Assembly: GCA_964035545.1 (NCBI GenBank) | Contig: OZ037766.1 | Span: 13,506,722 to 13,570,721 of the forward strand | Length of the DNA stretch: 64,000 nucleotides | Reading direction: 5' to 3' | DNA from: Bugula neritina | Taxonomy: Eukaryota; Animalia; Bryozoa | In this document: positions 62,892 through 64,000 of the stretch, piece by piece | Layout of the letters: the number at the start of each line of letters is the position of its first letter | Numbering within the stretch: position 1 is the stretch's first letter | Program-made: the position numbers and the translations under genes | The notes under the pieces: generated by a model | What the model was told of the DNA's origin: nothing | Database searches by the model: none | What the model saw: only the letters and a program-made list of their open reading frames with translations

Positions 62892-63409
62892 TGTAGAGTT
62901 TTCATAATTACTACCTACCCGTTGTCAAAATTGAAATAGTGAAGCTTAACGAATTGTGAAAATATTAAAGTTATCCTCCTTGACACATTACTTAGGGCTA
63001 TTTTTCTAAATGCTATCATTATAGCTAGGTTCCTGGCGTAACTTTCTAATACTTTAAATACTATAGCCATTGTTGAGCTTTTATAGTAATAAACATAGTT
63101 AATCCCTTTCCCACATTTACAACTTACAACCTTTACGCACTTGGCTGGGTTCAATTTTGCTGATTCGCTTGAACCGACAGTCCACCGAGGTTCCGCTCAC
63201 TGGCTTGCCGAATGCCGGCACACCTTGCCGAACTTCGACTAACTGTCGGTCAAAGGTTTTAGAATCCCTTTGTTTGGATAGTATAAAAAGAGGCACATTT
63301 TGAGCTCCAGTCAGTTGAAGTCAGGAGCTCAGACTAAAAGGATTAACCATACCAATAAAGACTCACAGCACACACTACTCTACAATCTAATCTTATCCCT
63401 TCTCTTACA
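62892..63409 (+). mobile_element. Possible solo LTR or LTR-like promoter cassette
   Basis: GC-rich block (63140-63250), TATAAAA at 63282, hairpin at 63301-63331, AATAAA at 63354, and candidate ends TGTAGAGT (62892) / ACTCTACA (63384) or CTTACA (63409). No TSD found. Confidence 0.4.
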
Positions 63410-64000
63410 AGGAGTTATGTTCTCTGCCTGATTACATTTAAATAACCTACAAGTTACTACATAATCATTATAGCATGTTACTTTCTTTATAATTATTGAT
63501 ATTCTGTTTAGCTCAACAAATCTCCTAGACTGCATGCTTGTGCTGGATCAGCTGAAGAATTACCCATCAAAACTTATAATCTCTTCAATTCCTATGTTAT
63601 TTTAATGTCATGATCACATGCTGTGCTATATTTACTCAAACTTTAAAGTAATATGTATATATTACTTAGTGAGAACTCTATACATGTTATACAAGAAGTG
63701 TCCTTTCGTAAAGGTACCACTAACCAATATAACCAAATTTTGTAGTTATAAAGCTCTTTTATTCTGGTCTATTTTTAGAACATTACTACAAATGAGAAAA
63801 GTCAAAAAACGTTGCTGGAAACAAGAGTATGCGATTCAGCAATGAGTGTTCATTTTGTGCTGTTAAGTTTTCAAAATCAGCTTGATGCTGGAGCAGCTGA
63901 TTGCAAATTTGTTTTTTGTCTCTGATCAAGATTGCTTTCGTGGGTTTACCCTGATTACTAACGATTTACAGTAAGAAAAATATAACTAATTCACAGTGGC

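Overview
AT-rich, intron-rich animal genomic DNA, probably from a compact-genome invertebrate (the species cannot be determined from sequence alone). Splicing exons by hand gives seven host genes: MIOX (-, 8 exons), a divergent vasopressin/oxytocin-family GPCR (+, 2 coding exons), an intronless tandem scramblase/Tubby-like ORF (+), a C2H2 zinc-finger gene (-, 12 exons), CPT2 (+, 15 exons), an ODF3/SHIPPO-repeat gene (+, 12 exons) and an arylsulfatase B-like gene (-, 10 exons). Mobile DNA includes a full-length 7,978-bp BEL/Pao LTR retrotransposon in MIOX intron 3 (LTRs identical by eye, CACAT TSD), a truncated LINE, a tRNA-derived SINE, two MITEs, a foldback-like repeat and a possible solo LTR. 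The main finding is in the BEL element. It has no tRNA primer-binding site. Instead, the 13 nt after the 5' LTR are exactly complementary to the exon-exon junction made by splicing a GT-AG intron out of the LTR, which suggests splicing-dependent self-priming of reverse transcription. A second predicted leader intron removes the remaining upstream AUGs and joins an upstream ORF in frame to Gag. All gene models and alignments were made by eye and need computational or RNA confirmation.
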